Of a stretch of 34,888 nt of DNA, positions 1 to 10,208 are shown piece by piece. Position 1 is the stretch's first letter; each line of letters opens with the position of its first letter. Under the pieces are notes generated by a model, which saw only the letters and a program-made list of their open reading frames with translations, searched no databases and was not told the DNA's origin. Source of the stretch: Octopus bimaculoides (taxonomy: Eukaryota); the NCBI RefSeq assembly GCF_001194135.2, contig NC_068981.1, forward strand, positions 144,028,665 through 144,063,552. The letters are read 5' to 3'. The position numbers and the translations under genes are program-made.

Positions 1-811
1 GTGTACGTATATGTATATGCACATGTATGTAGGCAAATGGATATGAATGTAAACAGATAGACGTACAGACGGATATGTACATAGGTAATATGAACAGACA
101 CGCATACATACACACACACATACGCAAATGAAAACTGAAATACATGACCGTATACACACACACTTCACTTCCCACAAGGACACATATGGAGACACACATC
201 CATAAATACAGACACAATCAGACATACACACACAAGGAGACAGAAGTACACGAAAACACAGATGCAAACACACAAACACACGTAAAAACACACAAACACA
301 AACACATGTATATGCAGAATACATATAAACGTACACACATACATACATATAGACATACGCACACACACGCATATACATGCAAATTGTCGTCATTTTTTAT
401 ATCTAATTTCGTGCATGCGCATTGTTTTGGTCTTGATTTTGTCGACTACACAGTATAGTAGCACCATGACGCAATTCACTCTGCCAGAAATTTGGAAACG
501 ACATGCTGCAATCCAATACGAACATTTCAGAGTGTTTGGGTGTCAGTTTGAGGACATGTACCGAAAGTGATAAAGATCAAACAGCCATTCAACATCATGA
601 GCCATTCAACAGCCATTCAACATCATGAGACAGAGGTATAGAAACACATGCAAACACACATACACACATATAAAAACACACAAATACATGAATATGCTAA
701 ATACATACATACAAACGGAAATTATTTTTAAAATGAGAATATCTGAAATAAACTCGACTGCTCTCACAAACGAGAATACTAAAAATGAACACAGCCGCTT
801 TCAATAATTAA

Positions 812-1022
812 GTTTAAAAAATCGGAAAAATAATCCAGAATCCTTATTTGATACCGGCTCGATCCCAAAATCTAATAAGTCCGTGCCAGTCCCGAGGCCA
901 AACATCCCTGAAAGTTTCATCCGAATCCATCCAGCGCTTCTTGATATATCTTGTCCATATCCAAACAAACAAACGCGACTGAAAAACAATATCTCCGCCT
1001 CCACTAGGACGGAGGCAATAAT
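812..1022. mobile_element. Possible non-autonomous rolling-circle (Helentron/HINE, DINE-1-like) element fragment
   Basis: (CAAA)n run at 962-973, followed by a terminal hairpin gcctcc-actaggac-ggaggc (997-1016) and an AAT flank. The internal motifs atccagaatcc, caaaatctaat and aaagtttcatccgaatcc resemble a widespread metazoan short repeat of this architecture. Family assignment is from recall. Confidence 0.45.
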
Positions 1023-2082
1023 AGCAAGACTCGGAGAAAATGATCCAAAAGAAAGTGTGAATACATNNNNNNNNNNNNNNNNNNNNNNNNNNNNNNNNNN
1101 NNNNNNNNNNNNNNNNNNNNNNNNNNNNNNNNNNNNNNNNNNNNNNNNNNNNNNNNNNNNNNNNNNNNNNNNNNNNNNNNNNNNNNNNNNNNNNNNNNNN
1201 NNNNNNNNNNNNNNNNNNNNNNNNNNNNNNNNNNNNNNNNNNNNNNNNNNNNNNNNNNNNNNNNNNNNNNNNNNNNNNNNNNNNNNNNNNNNNNNNNNNN
1301 NNNNNNNNNNNNNNNNNNNNNNNNNNNNNNNNNNNNNNNNNNNNNNNNTTTATTAACGGTCCCGAGGCCTTTTGGCAGGCTCGTATTGAAGATTTGTTGA
1401 GAAAAAGGGATGAAGGATGCACAAAAATCCCAAATTACTCAATAAATATTTTTTTATAATTTTTATATTATTTTTATATTCTAAACTTCAATTGTATTTT
1501 ATTTCAGTATTTTATGTTTTATCTATTTTTTTCGATTTTATTTTTACCATTGTTGTCTGATTATGCCTTACAATATTGACAGCCGTATATGTATGTGCAT
1601 ATATGTTTGTAAGTGAGTGTGCGCGCGCGTGTGTTTGTGTGTCTGTATGTGTTTGCGAGTGAAAGCCTGTGTGTTTGTGCGTGTAAGTCTGTGTGTATTT
1701 GTGTGTCTGAGTGTGTTTTGGAAGGAAGTTTGTGAGCGTGTGTGTGTGTGTGTTTGCATGTACGTATGTATGGACAGTAACAAACCAAATCTCTATACTA
1801 GTTCTGCTCTGAGAAAACGTTCTAAATGTCAAGTAAAAGATGATACATTCTCAACACAAAGACGCAGTAAAGAAGTAAATAGCACCAGAAAAAGAAGTTG
1901 TCTTTGTAACCATAGCAGAACACGTAGACTGGATGAATTTGCTTGATGTATGATCGTCACACCGCCGGAAGTTAACCAACTGAAAGCCCGGAAGAGGTGA
2001 TCTGTCTGCTTCGAACAAATATATAAAATCTATAGAATACACTGAGTTCTTATCCTTGAGTTTATATACTTAAAAAACATCC

Positions 2083-2250
<168 letters not shown>

Positions 2251-2272
2251 CTATCTATTTTCGTCTCTCTTT

Positions 2273-2400
2273 CTAAGCACACTTTGCAACCAAGAGTTTC
2301 CGAATTCAGTCCCACGGCAAAGGAACCTTGGGCGAATGTCTTCTACTATAGCGCTGGACTGACCAATGCATTGTGAGTGAATTTGGTGGACGAAGCTTAT
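2273..2400 (+). mobile_element. SINE family A, degenerate 5' part
   Basis: ttcagtccca...accttgggcgaatgtcttctactatagc...ttgtgagtgaatttggtggacg matches the family A head seen at 6942, 9930 and 13768. Confidence 0.75.
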
Positions 2401-2498
2401 TTGGAATCCCAATAGAGGACGGTGTTACTATTGTTTTTAGCCTCAGAAAAACGTATGTGTGTGTGTATATATAAATATATGTATATGTTTATGTATAT

Positions 2499-2536
<38 letters not shown>

Positions 2537-2891
2537 NNNNNNNNNNNNNNNNNNNNNNNNNNNNNNNNNNNNNNNNNNNNNNNNNNNNNNNNNNNNNNNN
2601 NNNNNNNNNNNNNNNNNNNNNNNNNNNNNNNNNNNNNNNNNNNNNNNNNNNNNNNNNNNNNNNNNNNNNNNNNNNNNNNNNNNNNNNNNNNNNNNNNNNN
2701 NNNNNNNNNNNNNNNNNNNNNNNNNNNNNNNNNNNNNNNNNNNNNNNNNNNNNNNNNNNNNNNNNNNNNNNNNNNNNNNNNNNNNNNNNNNNNNNNNNNN
2801 NNNNNNNNNNNNNNNNNNNNNNNNNNNNNNNNNNNNNNNNNNNNNNNNNNNNNNNNNNNNNNNNNNNNNNNNNNNNNNNNNNNNNNNNNNN

Positions 2892-3192
2892 GTTTATTGA
2901 GCGAAAACACCTAAAAGTTCCACGAGGCTCTGGCAGGGGATGGTGGCGAACCCTGCTGTACTCTTCCACCACAACTTTCTCTCACTCTTACTTCCTGTTT
3001 CTGTTGTGCCTGTAATTCAAAGGGTCAGCCTTGTCACACTGTGTCACGCTGAATATCCCCGAGAACTACGTTACGGGTACAGGTGTCTGTGGAGTGCTCA
3101 GCCACATGCACGTTAATTTCACGAGCAGGCTGTTCCGTTGATCGGATCGACTGGAACCCTCGACGTCGTAAGCGACGGAGTGCCAACAACAA
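2892..3192 (+). mobile_element. SINE family D (tRNA-derived), 5' end lost in gap
   Basis: Collinear with the full-length copy at 18093-18479 from gtttattgagcgaaaacacc to cgacggagtgccaacaac. Confidence 0.9.
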
Positions 3193-3281
3193 TGTATGTA
3201 TGTATGTATGCATGTATTCATGTATGCATGCATGTATACATGTATGCATGCATGTATATATACATATGTGTATATATGGAG

Positions 3282-3325
<44 letters not shown>

Positions 3326-3329
3326 TTCT

Positions 3330-3525
3330 TTGTACCAGTGTTTCTCCCCACCCACTGCTTGACAACTAGTGTTCGTTTGTTTACGTCCCTTAATCTAAGC
3401 AGTTCGGCAAAAGAATAATTGCCAGAATTTGAAAAGAATTACTGTGGTAGATCTGTTTCACTAAAACTATTCAAGGTGGTGCTCCACCTAGGCCGCTATC
3501 CAATGACTAAAACAAAGGTAAAACG
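3330..3525 (+). mobile_element. SINE family A 3' half (degenerate)
   Basis: gcttgacaac...tttacgtccc...gttcggcaaaag...ggtggtgctcc...atgactaaaac, following a TG microsatellite. Confidence 0.75.
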
Positions 3526-3639
3526 ACATACACATGTACATAAACATTCATAGTTATAAGGTCGGGCCTGTGTGGGTAAGAAGCTTGCTAGTGTATTTGT
3601 GGATGTGTATATGTGTGTGCGCGTGTGTGTGTATTTGTG

Positions 3640-3845
3640 TGTGTGTTTGTCTGTTTGTTCTCTGCCATCGCTTAACAACCGATGCTGGTGTGTTTATGTC
3701 CCCTAACTTAGCGGTTCGGCAAAAGTGTTTGGTGAATAAGTACTAGGCTCACAAAGATTTGTTCGACTAAAGGCCTTTGAGGCGATGCTCCAGCATAGCC
3801 ACAGTCAAATAACTGAAGCAGTAAAAGAATAAAAGAATATAAGAA
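3640..3845 (+). mobile_element. SINE family A 3' half
   Basis: acaaccgatgctggtgtgttta...ggttcggcaaaag...aataagtactaggct...gctccagcat...gtaaaagaataaaagaat tail. Confidence 0.85.
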
Positions 3846-3869
3846 TTACATAGATAAAGACGCAAGAAA

Positions 3870-3915
3870 TTTTGGAGCTTTGCCTGTTGTAGAAAGTATT
3901 ATTATTTTGTTGTTA

Positions 3916-3980
<65 letters not shown>

Positions 3981-4125
3981 TCAGTGTTTAAGGTGGCGGG
4001 CTTGTAGAAGCGTTAACCATGTCAGACAAAATACTTAGCAGCATATCATCTGTCTTTGTGTTCTGAGTTCAAATTCTACCAAGACCGACTTTGCCTTTCA
4101 TCTTTTCGTGGTCGATAAAATAAAA
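3870..4125 (+). mobile_element. SINE family B: b2-type tail + (ATT)n + next B head
   Basis: gcctgttgtagaaagtattatt, (ATT)n at about 3920-3980, linker tcagtgttt, then aaggtggcg...gagttcaaattc...tttgcctttcatc...gtcgataaaat. Confidence 0.75.
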
Positions 4126-4166
4126 CCGCAGGAATTGGATTCGGGAGACGGGAAGTGAAAGAATTA

Positions 4167-4567
4167 CAGTAATGCTTCGCCATATCGCGGTTCACATATC
4201 GCGGTTTGTTATTTAAGCCTACGTCGATTCCTCCGTGGTGTTGTTTTGCATTTATAATAAAATAAATATATGCAAATTATAAAAATAAAAATAAATATAT
4301 ACAGTACAGTACTGTTTCTTATTTCTTTATTGCCCACGAGGGGCTAAACATAGAGGGGACAAACAAGGACAGACAAAGGGATTAAGTCGATTACATCGAC
4401 TCCAGTGCATAACTGGTACTTAATTTATCGACCCCGAAAGGATGAAAGGTAAAGTCGACCTCGGCGGAATTTGAACTCAGAAAGTAAAGACAGACGAAAT
4501 ACCGCTAAGATTTTCACCTGTCGCAGTGTGTTTGGGAACGTAACAGCCGCGATAGTCGAGGGATTAT

Positions 4568-4568
<1 letters not shown>
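4167..4568. mobile_element. pogo/Tigger-like MITE with nested SINE
   Basis: Left end TA|cagtaatgcttcgccatatcgcgg. Right end reads TA|cataatccctcgactatcgcgg on the reverse strand. These are imperfect terminal inverted repeats (TIRs) of about 23 bp with TA on both sides (4165-4166, 4569-4570). Confidence 0.7.
4315..4522 (-). mobile_element. SINE family B (b1 tail), 5'-truncated, inside the Tigger-like MITE
   Basis: Reverse complement of the 6620-6853 copy from the aagaaataagaa tail up to cttagcggtatttcg. Confidence 0.9.
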
Positions 4569-4646
<78 letters not shown>

Positions 4647-4649
4647 TCT

Positions 4650-4722
4650 CATTATTCAGTTTTATTTCAAGATTTCTTGCCAATAAAGAAAGAGCAGGTT
4701 TCTAGCCTAGATCCAAGGCTCC
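4650..4722. repeat. Unclassified dispersed repeat E, copy 1
   Basis: 67/73 nt identical to 17221-17293 by manual alignment. Confidence 0.85.
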
Positions 4723-4837
4723 TTCATTGGAATTTCAACATCAACAACAGGGTATTTTTGCATGTATGTATACGTGCAGGTACGTATGTATGTATGTATG
4801 TTTGTAATCACGTGTGCATGTGTGAGTCTTTGTCCTT

Positions 4838-5037
4838 GTGTTTGTCTCCCAACCACCTCTTGACAACCTGGGTTAGTTTGCTTATGTTCCTGTAACTTAG
4901 AACTCCGGCAAAAATAGTCCGATAGAATAAGTACTAGGTCTAAAGTAAATAAGTACTGGAATCGATTCACATGGCTAAATTTCTTCAAGACGGTGATCCA
5001 GCATGGCCGCAGTCTGATGATTGAAACAATTAAAAGC
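4838..5037 (+). mobile_element. SINE family A 3' half (degenerate)
   Basis: cttgacaacc...ggcaaaa...gatagaataagtactagg...ccagcatggccgcagtc...gaaacaattaaaag. Confidence 0.8.
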
Positions 5038-5419
5038 TGTTTTCAGAATTTCATGCTTTTGTATGTAGTATAGATTCCTTATGTAATTGTATATGTGTAT
5101 ATATATATATATACGTATGTGGCAACATGTACGTGCCAATGGGTGCACTGAAGGCTGTACAGATCACTTCGGAGATGTCTAGTGAATTGGCTTTCGTTCT
5201 TTCTACAAAAGCCAGCATAGAAAATGGAAAACAAAGGAAGAATTTGCTGACAAAAACCTTAATTGAACATCGGAATATCTTTCAAGACATGTTACCGAAA
5301 GGATTATGAATGTGTTTGATCGTTGTAGCCAGAGGCTACAGCCCTTGTGTATGAAAAAAACAGAGTAGCTCTTAGGGAAACGTCTATTTTTCTTTTAACC
5401 AATACATACAAGCCTTCTG

Positions 5420-5472
<53 letters not shown>

Positions 5473-6031
5473 TTCTCACTCACTCTCTATCTATTTATCT
5501 ATCTTTCCTTCTTTCTNNNNNNNNNNNNNNNNNNNNNNNNNNNNNNNNNNNNNNNNNNNNNNNNNNNNNNNNNNNNNNNNNNNNNNNNNNNNNNNNNNNN
5601 NNNNNNNNNNNNNNNNNNNNNNNNNNNNNNNNNNNNNNNNNNNNNNNNNNNNNNNNNNNNNNNNNNNNNNNNNNNNNNNNNNNNNNNNNNNNNNNNNNNN
5701 NNNNNNNNNNNNNNNNNNNNNNNNNNNNNNNNNNNNNNNNNNNNNNNNNNNNNNNNNNNNNNNNNNNNNNNNNNNNNNNNNNNNNNNNNNNNNNNNNNNN
5801 NNNNNNNNNNNNNNNNNNNNNNNNNNNNNNNNNNNNNNNNNNNNNNNNNNNNNNNNNNNNNNNNNNNNNNNNNNNNNNNNNNNNNNNNNNNNNNNNNNNN
5901 NNNNNNNNNNNNNNNNNNNNNNNNNNNNNNNNNNNNNNNNNNNNNNNNNNNNNNNNNNNNNNNNNNNNNNNNNNNNNNNNNNNNNNNNNNNNNNNNNNNN
6001 NNNNNNNNNNNNNNNNNNNNNNNNNNNNNNN

Positions 6032-6069
<38 letters not shown>

Positions 6070-6140
6070 ATGTATATATAAATACATATATATGTCTGTG
6101 TATCTGTGTATTTATACATATATACATATACATATATATA

Positions 6141-6179
<39 letters not shown>

Positions 6180-6344
6180 ATATGTGTGTGTGTACCTATA
6201 TATGCACGAATATATGGATCGATGTCCGCATGATTATATATATATATGCATGCATAGATGATGGATGGACTGAGGATACATGTACATACAAATGTATGCA
6301 TGTATCTATTTATGCTTGTATTTTTACATGGACACAGCATGGAC

Positions 6345-6600
6345 AAATAGTTTAGGAGTTTGTTTTTCAGTCGTAGGTTCCTATTTCGATTCCGCTATGT
6401 GGAATCTTACTCAGCTATATCAGTTACCATAGCTTCGGGTGGACCCAAGTCGTGTGAGTAAAACTGGATAAACGGAATATACATGGAGGATCGTTAGATA
6501 GATTTTTACTCGTAATTAAAGGTGCCTGTCTTGTCACACATTGTGTCACACTGATACTGACGAACATTAAACCAAAGATTGTGTTTGTGAAATATTCAGC
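6345..6600 (+). mobile_element. Highly degenerate SINE fragments (A head 6345-6480; D-type tail 6514-6600)
   Basis: ccatagcttcgggtggacccaagtcgtgtgagt resembles the A head. aattaaaggtgcctgtcttgtcacacattgtgtcacactga...ttcagcc resembles the D tail. Confidence 0.5.
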
Positions 6601-6619
6601 CCTTTAGAAACTAATTTAG

Positions 6620-6853
6620 CTAAGGCGGCGAGCTGGCAGAAACGTTAACGCGGCGTGCGAAATGCTTAGCGGTATTTCGTCTGCCGCGACGTTCGGAGTT
6701 CGAATTCCGCCGAGGCCGACTTTGCCTTTCATCCTTTCGGGGTCAATTAAATGAGTACCAATTACGCACTGGGGTCGATATAATCGACTTAATCCGTTTG
6801 TCTTTCCTTGGTTGTCCCCTCTGTGCGTAGCCCCTTGTGGGCAGTAAAGAAAT
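6620..6853 (+). mobile_element. Full-length SINE family B (b1 tail) with 12-bp TSD
   Basis: A-box-like tggcagaaacg, B-box-like gagttcgaattcc, tail gccccttgtgggcagtaaagaaat. TSD aaactaatttag at 6608-6619 and 6854-6865. Confidence 0.95.
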
Positions 6854-6941
6854 AAACTAATTTAGTTGGCAAGTAGCTCAGTTGATTGAATGTTTGAGCA
6901 CGCGTCTTCGAAACCGACTGAGATCCATTTTGTATCTCTAT

Positions 6942-7389
6942 AGGTGCAGACCTGGCTGTGTGGCAAAAAGTTGTTTCACAACTGGATTCAGTCTTCTTGC
7001 GTGGCACCTTGGGCAAGTGTCTATAGCCTCGGGCCGACCAAAGACTTATGAGTAGATTTGGTAGACGGAAACTGAAAGGCGCCCGTCGTGTGTGCGTGTA
7101 TGTATGTGTGTGTGTGCGTGTGTGTGTTTGTGTTGTGTCTGTGCCTGTGAGTGTGTGCGCGCGTGTGTGCCTATGTGTCTGTCCCACCACTACCGATTGA
7201 AAACCGAATTTTGCGTGTTTAGATCCCCGTTACTTAGCGATTCGGCAAAAGTATTCTGATCGCATAAGTACAAGACTTTAAAAAACATAAGTACTGGGGT
7301 CGATTTGTTCCATTAAAATTCTTCAAGATGGTGCCTCAGTATGGCCGTAGTCTAATGGCTGAAACCAGTAAAATATAAAAGATAAAAGA
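6942..7389 (+). mobile_element. Full-length SINE family A with internal TG microsatellite
   Basis: Head tggctgtgtgg...ggattcagtc...gcaccttgggcaagtgtc, central (TG)n, 3' half ending gtaaaatataaaagataaaag. Confidence 0.9.
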
Positions 7390-7878
7390 CATATGTGAGT
7401 AAGCATGAATGGCGTTGCATATGTGAATCAACGTTCAGATTTTTGCATGTGCACATATACCTATGTCCATGCATGTGTATATACGCTTATTTCAGCTCAG
7501 CTTAGGAAATTTTTTACATAATTTCACAATTTAGTAAAATAACATTTTGTCTATAATGTTGTAATTAACCATGTTTTTCTAGTTTCGTAAAGTACGGCTT
7601 CTCAGCGTGGTTTTCTGAGGCAGTTAGTTACAAATGTAAAATTCCCAATAATTACAGGTATAAATCTAAATCTTGTTCGGCTGTAATAGCTGCATATTTT
7701 GGATAAGTTCAATATAGAAATGCATAGGTTGTACATTATGTTATTTCTGTTGAGCAACTGATTTCCCACTATTATACTGATATATTTTTTCTCGAATTAG
7801 GTCATTATGTCTGGTTTGTTATTTCTATATTTTATTGGGGGTGTTGACGGGAATATTTTTTCATCAATGTTCTTTTCT

Positions 7879-8194
7879 GGAGTCGCAATGGCCCAGTGGT
7901 TAGGGCAGCGGACTCGCGGTCGGAGGATCGCGGTTTCGACTCCCAGACCGGGCGTTGTGTGTGTTTATTGAGCAAAAACACCTAAAGCTCCACAAGGCTC
8001 CGGCAGTGGGGGGGGGCGACCCCTGTTGTACTCTTTCGCCTCAAATTTCTTTCACTCTTTCTTCTTGTTTCTTGAGTAACGCTGCGATGGACTGGCGTCC
8101 TGTCCAGCTGGTGGGGAACACATACGCCATAGAAACCGAGAAACCGGGCCCATGAGCCTGGCTAGGCTTGAAAAGGGCTCATAAATAAATAAAT
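7879..8194 (+). mobile_element. Full-length tRNA(Arg)-like SINE, D head with alternative tail, 13-bp TSD
   Basis: tRNA-like head tggcccagtggttagg...gtttcgactccc, (TAAA)n tail. TSD aatgttcttttct at 7866-7878 and 8195-8207. Confidence 0.95.
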
Positions 8195-8299
8195 AATGTT
8201 CTTTTCTACTACGAGTAAGAATGCTCTTCATATTATTATGCTACTATCTTCTGGATTATCTACATTGCATTGTATTTTCATCATCGTATCATGCTTCAT

Positions 8300-8800
8300 A
8301 GATAGATGTAATCATTATAACATTTTCTTTCAGCTTCCTATAATGTTGGTGATATGTTCATGTTACTTCCAGAGTCTGCGTCGTTTATTGCACTTCAATG
8401 TTTTGCCTAAATTCTCATTTCTTTTACACATCAGTCTGTTATTATTTCCTATTCCTCGTTTCCATAAGCGGCACGCCTTTCAAAGTGAAGCGAGAGCGAC
8501 CACACTGGTCTTGATCCAAGATACACTTCGTTGGTTATCTACGCTACTGTCAGTTCGAAGCTTTCTGACGACATAGCTATTCTTGACCAGATGGCAAAAT
8601 CGTTGCAAGGCTCACCTGTTGTCTTAGAAGGCGTGTAACTTCAGTGAGTGTGTATCGTTGGTCATCTGTCAGAGAATGTTTTCCGTGGAGCTTTTTTCAA
8701 CTCTCACGGTTATTAGCTGCCTTGTGTATAAAATCTTTATCTATGAATGCACTTCGACACCTGATGGTTTCTAAATGTTGTCGAAGGAATAAAATGCACA
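8300..8800 (-). pseudogene. Very old mariner-like transposase relic
   Basis: Reverse-strand fragments in shifting frames: HSLTDDQRYTLTEVTRLL, LKGVPLMET, LGKTLKCNKRRRLWK. They resemble mariner WVP..LT..Q, WD.KG.LL.D and LR.AIK.KRRG.L regions in the expected order, with many stops. Confidence 0.35.
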
Positions 8801-8872
8801 TTCAAAGTGAGTTTAAATTGATTTAAAAACTTTTATTCCTAGTTTTCGTTTTAGGAAGAAACAATGTATAAA

Positions 8873-8907
<35 letters not shown>

Positions 8908-8936
8908 TGTGTGCGTGAGAGAGAGTATACATATAA

Positions 8937-8975
<39 letters not shown>

Positions 8976-8997
8976 AGGAACAGAAAATGGACAAGCA

Positions 8998-9043
8998 AAA
9001 CGTCACTTGAGCATTTAATTAAACGTCACTTGAGCATTTAATT
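8998..9043 (+). repeat. Perfect 23-bp tandem duplication
   Basis: aaacgtcacttgagcatttaatt x2. Confidence 0.95.
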
Positions 9044-9062
9044 TAGAGCATTTTATTCTTGG

Positions 9063-9460
9063 ATGTTTTAACACCAGCCGCTTTGAGAGAATATTCTCCA
9101 TCATGTCAAATCACAGCCTAACGGCAAATACTCGTTTCATATACGTTATGTATATGTACTTCTATTTTATATTTATATTTATTCTTACGTGCGCACTGTC
9201 CGGGCATACAAGCACATAGTCTTCACACAATATGCACATAAGCCGTGGACTGGCAGTACGATTCTCTTCAGATTCGGTTCGGGCACGTGATGTTGAAACA
9301 TCAATGTCCATCACTCCTGAATGGGATATGGGATGGGTTGTCACACTGGTTCTTGAATTTTACATGTTTTAACACCCGGTGCTTTGAGTGAGTAATCTAC
9401 ACAGCTCCAAATCGCAGCCTACCGGCAAATACACGGTGTGTTTACGCTGAGTGTATGTGG
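9063..9460 (+). repeat. Diverged direct repeat of about 95 bp, 301 bp apart (9063-9155 / 9364-9455)
   Basis: Both copies read atgttttaacacc...gctttgag...caaatc.cagccta.cggcaaatac.cg. Confidence 0.8.
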
Positions 9461-9511
9461 TCGATAATATATATATTATCGACCACATACACTCAACGTA
9501 AACACACCGTG

Positions 9512-9516
<5 letters not shown>
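9427..9516. repeat. 90-bp spacerless palindrome (45-bp arms, one mismatch)
   Basis: Base-by-base pairing about the 9471/9472 centre. The only mismatch is 9447 C vs 9496 A. Confidence 0.95.
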
Positions 9517-9547
<31 letters not shown>

Positions 9548-9550
<3 letters not shown>

Positions 9551-9930
9551 TCTTTTACTTGTTTCAGTTATTTGACTGCGGCCATGCTGGAGCACCACCT
9601 TTAGTCGAACACATTGACCCAGGACTTATTCTTTGTAAGCCTAGTACTTATTCTATCGTGTCTTTTGCCGAATCGCTAAGTTACAGTGACGTAAACACAC
9701 CAGCATCGGTTGTCAGGTGATGGTGGGGGTACAAACACAGACACATAAACATATACATATATGTATACAACGGGCTTCCTTCAGTTTACGTCTACCAAAT
9801 CCACTCACAAGGCTTTGGTCGACCCGAAGCTATAGCAGAAGACACTTGCCCAAGGTGTCACGCAGTGGGACTGAACCCAGAACCGTGTGGTTCGGAAACA
9901 AGCTTCTTACCTCACATCTACGCCTGCGCC
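9548..9930 (-). mobile_element. Full-length SINE family A
   Basis: Reverse strand reads ggcgcaggcgtag...gggttcagtcccactgcgtgacaccttgggcaagtgtc...tail gtaaaagagta. Confidence 0.92.
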
Positions 9931-9959
9931 GGCTCTCACACATATATATAACCATGCTT

Positions 9960-10030
9960 AGGCGCTGGTATGGCAGTGTAGTTAAGAATCTTGCTGTGCA
10001 ACCACGTGATTTTGGTTTCAGTCCCAACAT

Positions 10031-10079
<49 letters not shown>

Positions 10080-10208
10080 CATTTACATCTCCTGACGTAG
10101 CAGTTCGGCAAAAGCTAATGATAGAATAAGCGCCAAGCTTCGGAATACGTACTGGGGTCGATTCATTCCACTACAGCTCTTCAAGGCGGTGCTTTAGCTT
10201 GGTCGTTA
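9960..10208 (+). mobile_element. SINE family A, internally deleted, head-to-head with the previous copy
   Basis: aggcgctggtatggcagtgtagttaag...ggtttcagtccca, (TG)n, then gttcggcaaaag...gatagaataag...actggggtcgatt...aaggcggtgct. Confidence 0.75.

Noticed and set aside
5012-5030. ctgatga-tt-gaaac as a hammerhead core
   Set aside because: There is no room for stem II, and it is a mutated version of the family A tail (caaatgactgaaac).
5127-5390. Complex-sequence island with a 60-aa ORF, possibly a transposase C-terminus
   Set aside because: No diagnostic motif in any frame, so it is too weak to call.
7879-7960. tRNA-like sequences here and at 18095-18170 and 25852-25920 as tRNA genes
   Set aside because: They lack a proper acceptor stem, continue into SINE bodies and two are flanked by TSDs, so they are SINE heads.
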